Shown here: positions 61,501 to 64,000 of the stretch, in pieces
How positions within the stretch are numbered: the stretch's first letter is position 1
How the letters are laid out: every line of letters begins with the position of its first letter
Assembly (NCBI GenBank): GCA_035084275.1
Contig: CM068745.1
Coordinates: forward strand, 82,708,001 to 82,772,000
DNA from: Hydrolagus colliei
Taxonomy: Eukaryota
Direction: 5' to 3'
DNA: 64,000 nt
Position numbers and translations under genes: made by a program
Notes under the pieces: generated by a model
What the model was told of the DNA's origin: nothing
Database searches by the model: none
The model's input: the letters and a program-made list of their open reading frames with translations, nothing else

Positions 61501-63879
61501 CCCGCAGAGTGACTACACTCACTGATCTCTACACCAGGATTTTATCTGGTTATTTTCACTTCCTCAAACTGTTTAACTTTCAGTTCTTTAATACTGTACT
61601 GAGAACTCGCGGGGGGGCTGGGGGGCGGGGAGGGGTGGAGGTTTGCATTGTAAACAGCGCCTTTTTGTGGAAATGGAGTTATGGAATGTATGACCCCAAT
61701 TATTTTTATACGAGGATACCAATGTCTCCTTCAATCTCAACGCTGCCCGAAAACTGATGCGCTTAAGCGAGAGCTGCCGAAATCAAGCCAGTGCTTTTGC
61801 GGAGGTCCCAGTAGTCCAGTTGATGAATATGATGCAGTACTCTGGGAGCGAGGCTGATGTTATATCAGCCAACACACTCGTGACAAGCCTTGGAAGGGAC
61901 AGATCGGTTAATAGGGACATTAATTAATTGTGAATTCATTAATTAGTGAGTGAATTGTTCCAACTCAGCTCTTGTTTAACCCTGCGAGCCCAAACCCTAA
62001 CGGATAGCGGGGGATAGCCTCGGGGCATCTCTTTGAGATGTCTCAAATTAAAACTCCCCAGTTTGGTTTGGATACTCACCATACTCACCAACTCCTCTGT
62101 TGGGGTTTTTTTTTCGTGTGTGTCGGACAACCCGGCAGCTGAATTAAACCAAAGTAATAATGATGATGATGATGATGATGATGATGGTGATGGTGATGAT
62201 ACACTGGTGTTTTCCAGGGGTCTCCGTTCAACCTGACAGTGAAAAGTAAATTCCGCAAACACTCCGGAGCCTTCCACTGCTGCACGTTCTGCTCTAGCCG
62301 GGGACAGAAGGATGTCCGTTGTGGCTGTGGGGGAACGATGCTGGGTGAGTAACGTTGTTAGCAACTCAACAACAACAACAACAACAACTAGCCTCCTCCC
62401 TCGCCTCCTCCCTCGCCTCCTCCCTCGCCTCCTCCCTCGCCTCCTCCCTCGCCTCCTCCCTCGCCTCCTCCCTCGCCTCCTCCCTCGCCTCCTCCCTCGC
62501 CTCCTCCCTCGCCTCCTCCCTCGCCTCCTCCCTCGCCTCCTCCCTCGCCTCCTCCCTCGCCTCCTCCCTCGTCTCCTCCCTCGCCTCCTTGAAGAAACGT
62601 TCCCAACTTCTCTCCATTTCCAACATTAGACAGTCGAAAGCATCGCCGGTCTCAAGACCCTCCTTTTGGATCGTGCCTTCTGCCCTCCCTCCCACCTCTC
62701 CCTCCCACCTCTCTCTCCCACCTCTCCCACCCACCTCTCTCTCCCCTCCCTCCCACCTCTCCCTCCCACCTCACTCTCCCACCTCCCTCCCACCTCTCTC
62801 TCCCACATCTCCCTCCCACCTCACTCTCCCACCTCTCTCTCCCCTCCCTCCCACCTCTCCCTCCCACCTCCCTCTCACCTCCCTCTCCCACCCCTCTCTC
62901 TCTCACCTCTCCCTCCCACCTCTCTCTCCCACCTCCCTCTCACCTCCCTCCCACCTCTCTCTCCCACCTCTCTCTCCCAACTCTCTCTCCCACCTCTCTC
63001 CCCCACCTCTCCCTCCCACACCTCCCTCCCACCACTCTCTCCCACCTCCCTCCCATCTCTCTCTCCCATCTCTCTCTCCCACCGCTCTCTCCCACCTCTC
63101 TCTCCCTCCCACCTCCCTCTCACCTTTCTCTCCCACCTCCCTCCAACCTCTCCCTTCCACCTCTCCTCCCCCGAGTGAATTCAAACCCGGTTGTTAGTCG
63201 ATTCCCAGATCCCCTTTTTCCTTTCAATCTACGACTGACCGGTTTGTGGGACACTACATAGATTCATAGAATTTTACGGCACAAAAGGAGGCCATTCGGC
63301 CCATCTAGTCTGTGCCGGCTCTTTGAAAAGAGCGATTCAATCCCACTGCCCTGCCCGCTCCCCATAGCCTAATAGACCCGTTCTCCCTACAGAGCCTTGG
63401 GACGTCCTCCCGACATGAGAGGCGCTCTGTAAATGTAATTTGGTTGTTTTGCTTGTTTGTCCTGCATTGCAGTTGGCTCTGTCCAGCCTTTCAGCCACAA
63501 AATACACACTCGCTCCACTGTACACTATACTTTATGAAGCACGTCGGCAAGACTCATCACGTCTTGCCGACGTGATGAGTCGGTTTGGGTCAATGCAAGG
63601 ATTGTTATGATTATTATTATTATTATTTTCACATCTTTTTACTAAAGACCCAGCCGTCCTCATTTAGTGCGACTCTGGCAAACTGCGAAACTCTTTTCTG
63701 CTTGTTTGTTTTGTTTTGTTTACCCGTCAGGCGGGTACCAGGGCTGCGGACACGGACACAAAGGACATCCGGGAAGATCACACTGGTCCTGCTGCGGGAA
63801 GCTGTCTGAAACCTCGGAGTGCGCTCGACCTTTCAACGGCAGCTTATACCGGAGCCTGGTGAAGACTGTCGCTCTGTGA
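55539..63879 (+). CDS. TRIM45: E3 ubiquitin ligase TRIM45 (RING, two B-boxes, coiled coil, filamin repeat), 589 aa, intact
   Basis: Exons 55539-56035, 57278-58029 (CAGAAG tandem acceptor), 59579-59708, 60666-60780, 62218-62344, 63731-63879; total 1770 nt, phases consistent. RING CAVC..PCLHTLCLEC..CPVC; B-boxes CDLC..HR and CALH..CETCDRLVC; filamin VEDNDDGTYRITYTPQEPG..GSPF; C-terminal GCGHGHKGHPG..WSCCGK..RSLVKTVAL*. Confidence 0.96.
58651..58823. mobile_element. Inverted pair of Penelope-like termini, each with a mutated hammerhead core
   Basis: ttcgtcggaactc (58709-58721) / gagttctgacgaa (58729-58741) around a 7-nt loop; outer arms gagtcaaca.../...cattgactc and catctatggag/ctccatagatg. Confidence 0.7.
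58842..59235 (+). mobile_element. Full-length tRNA-derived SINE (best-preserved head)
   Basis: A box TAGCTCAGTGG (58851-58861), B box GTTCGAATC (58896-58904), anticodon-like arm ctcgc-ctgacaa-gcgtg, L2-like tail with (TTA)n. Confidence 0.9.
61015..61260 (-). mobile_element. L2 3' fragment
   Basis: Minus frame [16 protein letters not shown] and the L2 tail with (CAA)n. Confidence 0.7.
61385..61423 (-). ncRNA. Second Penelope-type minimal hammerhead motif (core intact)
   Basis: Revcomp gaatt-CTGACGA-a-gggt-cgaga-accc-GAAA-C-GT-T-gactc; perfect stem II, one mismatch in stem I. Confidence 0.5.
62392..62589. repeat. Near-perfect 12-bp tandem repeat (CCTCCTCCCTCG) x16.5 in TRIM45 intron 5
   Basis: Directly visible; one variant unit near 62571. 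It produces the LLPR/ASSL/EEAR ORF artefacts. Confidence 0.92.
62680..63175. repeat. Pyrimidine-rich low-complexity tract (ccacctctc variants)
   Basis: Almost G-free C/T tract of degenerate 9-12-mers. Confidence 0.85.
63258..63385 (-). mobile_element. CR1 3' end, fused to a plus-strand L2 tail
   Basis: Near-exact reverse complement of 40100-40230, followed by gagccttgggacgtcctcccgacatgagaggcgctct. Confidence 0.85.
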
Positions 63880-64000
63880 CAAATTGGGACAGTGGTTAGA
63901 GAAGGGGTGGGTGGGTGGGTGGGGTGGTTGAGAGTAACCACCTTATGTTCTTATAAAAATAGAAGGATTAGGGGTTATGGGGATCGGGCAGGTAATCAGA

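Noticed and set aside
62218-62344. Suspected frameshift in TRIM45 exon 5 at the G-run
   Set aside because: A recount against the ORF track gives four Gs and 127 nt; the exon is in frame (SRGQKDVRCGCGGTML).

Overview
Repeat-dense vertebrate genomic DNA. The SINE, L2, CR1 and Penelope-like repeat content suggests a cartilaginous fish, possibly a chimaera (inference, not verified). Three multi-exon genes can be built by hand from splice sites and phases. (1) TTF2, + strand, 23 exons, 14333-44478; exons 3 and 5 are frame-disrupted in this sequence and the other 21 are clean. (2) An unnamed 4-exon Ig-superfamily receptor, - strand, 49826-51786, 269 aa. It has a leader, a germline-joined V domain with a J-like GNGT motif, a C1-set domain, a stalk Cys, an Arg-bearing TM and a very short tail. 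(3) TRIM45, + strand, 6 coding exons, 55539-63879, intact, 589 aa. The IgSF gene is the most interesting item: antigen-receptor-chain architecture without rearrangement. Other highlights are a TTF2 promoter made of a 12-unit CCAAT-box minisatellite, a 2.4 kb GGGCT switch-region-like array, Penelope-type hammerhead motifs and inverted pairs, and a four-level transposon nest in TTF2 intron 17. I could not support any coding exon in bases 1-14300. No CRISPR, rRNA or true tRNA genes were seen.
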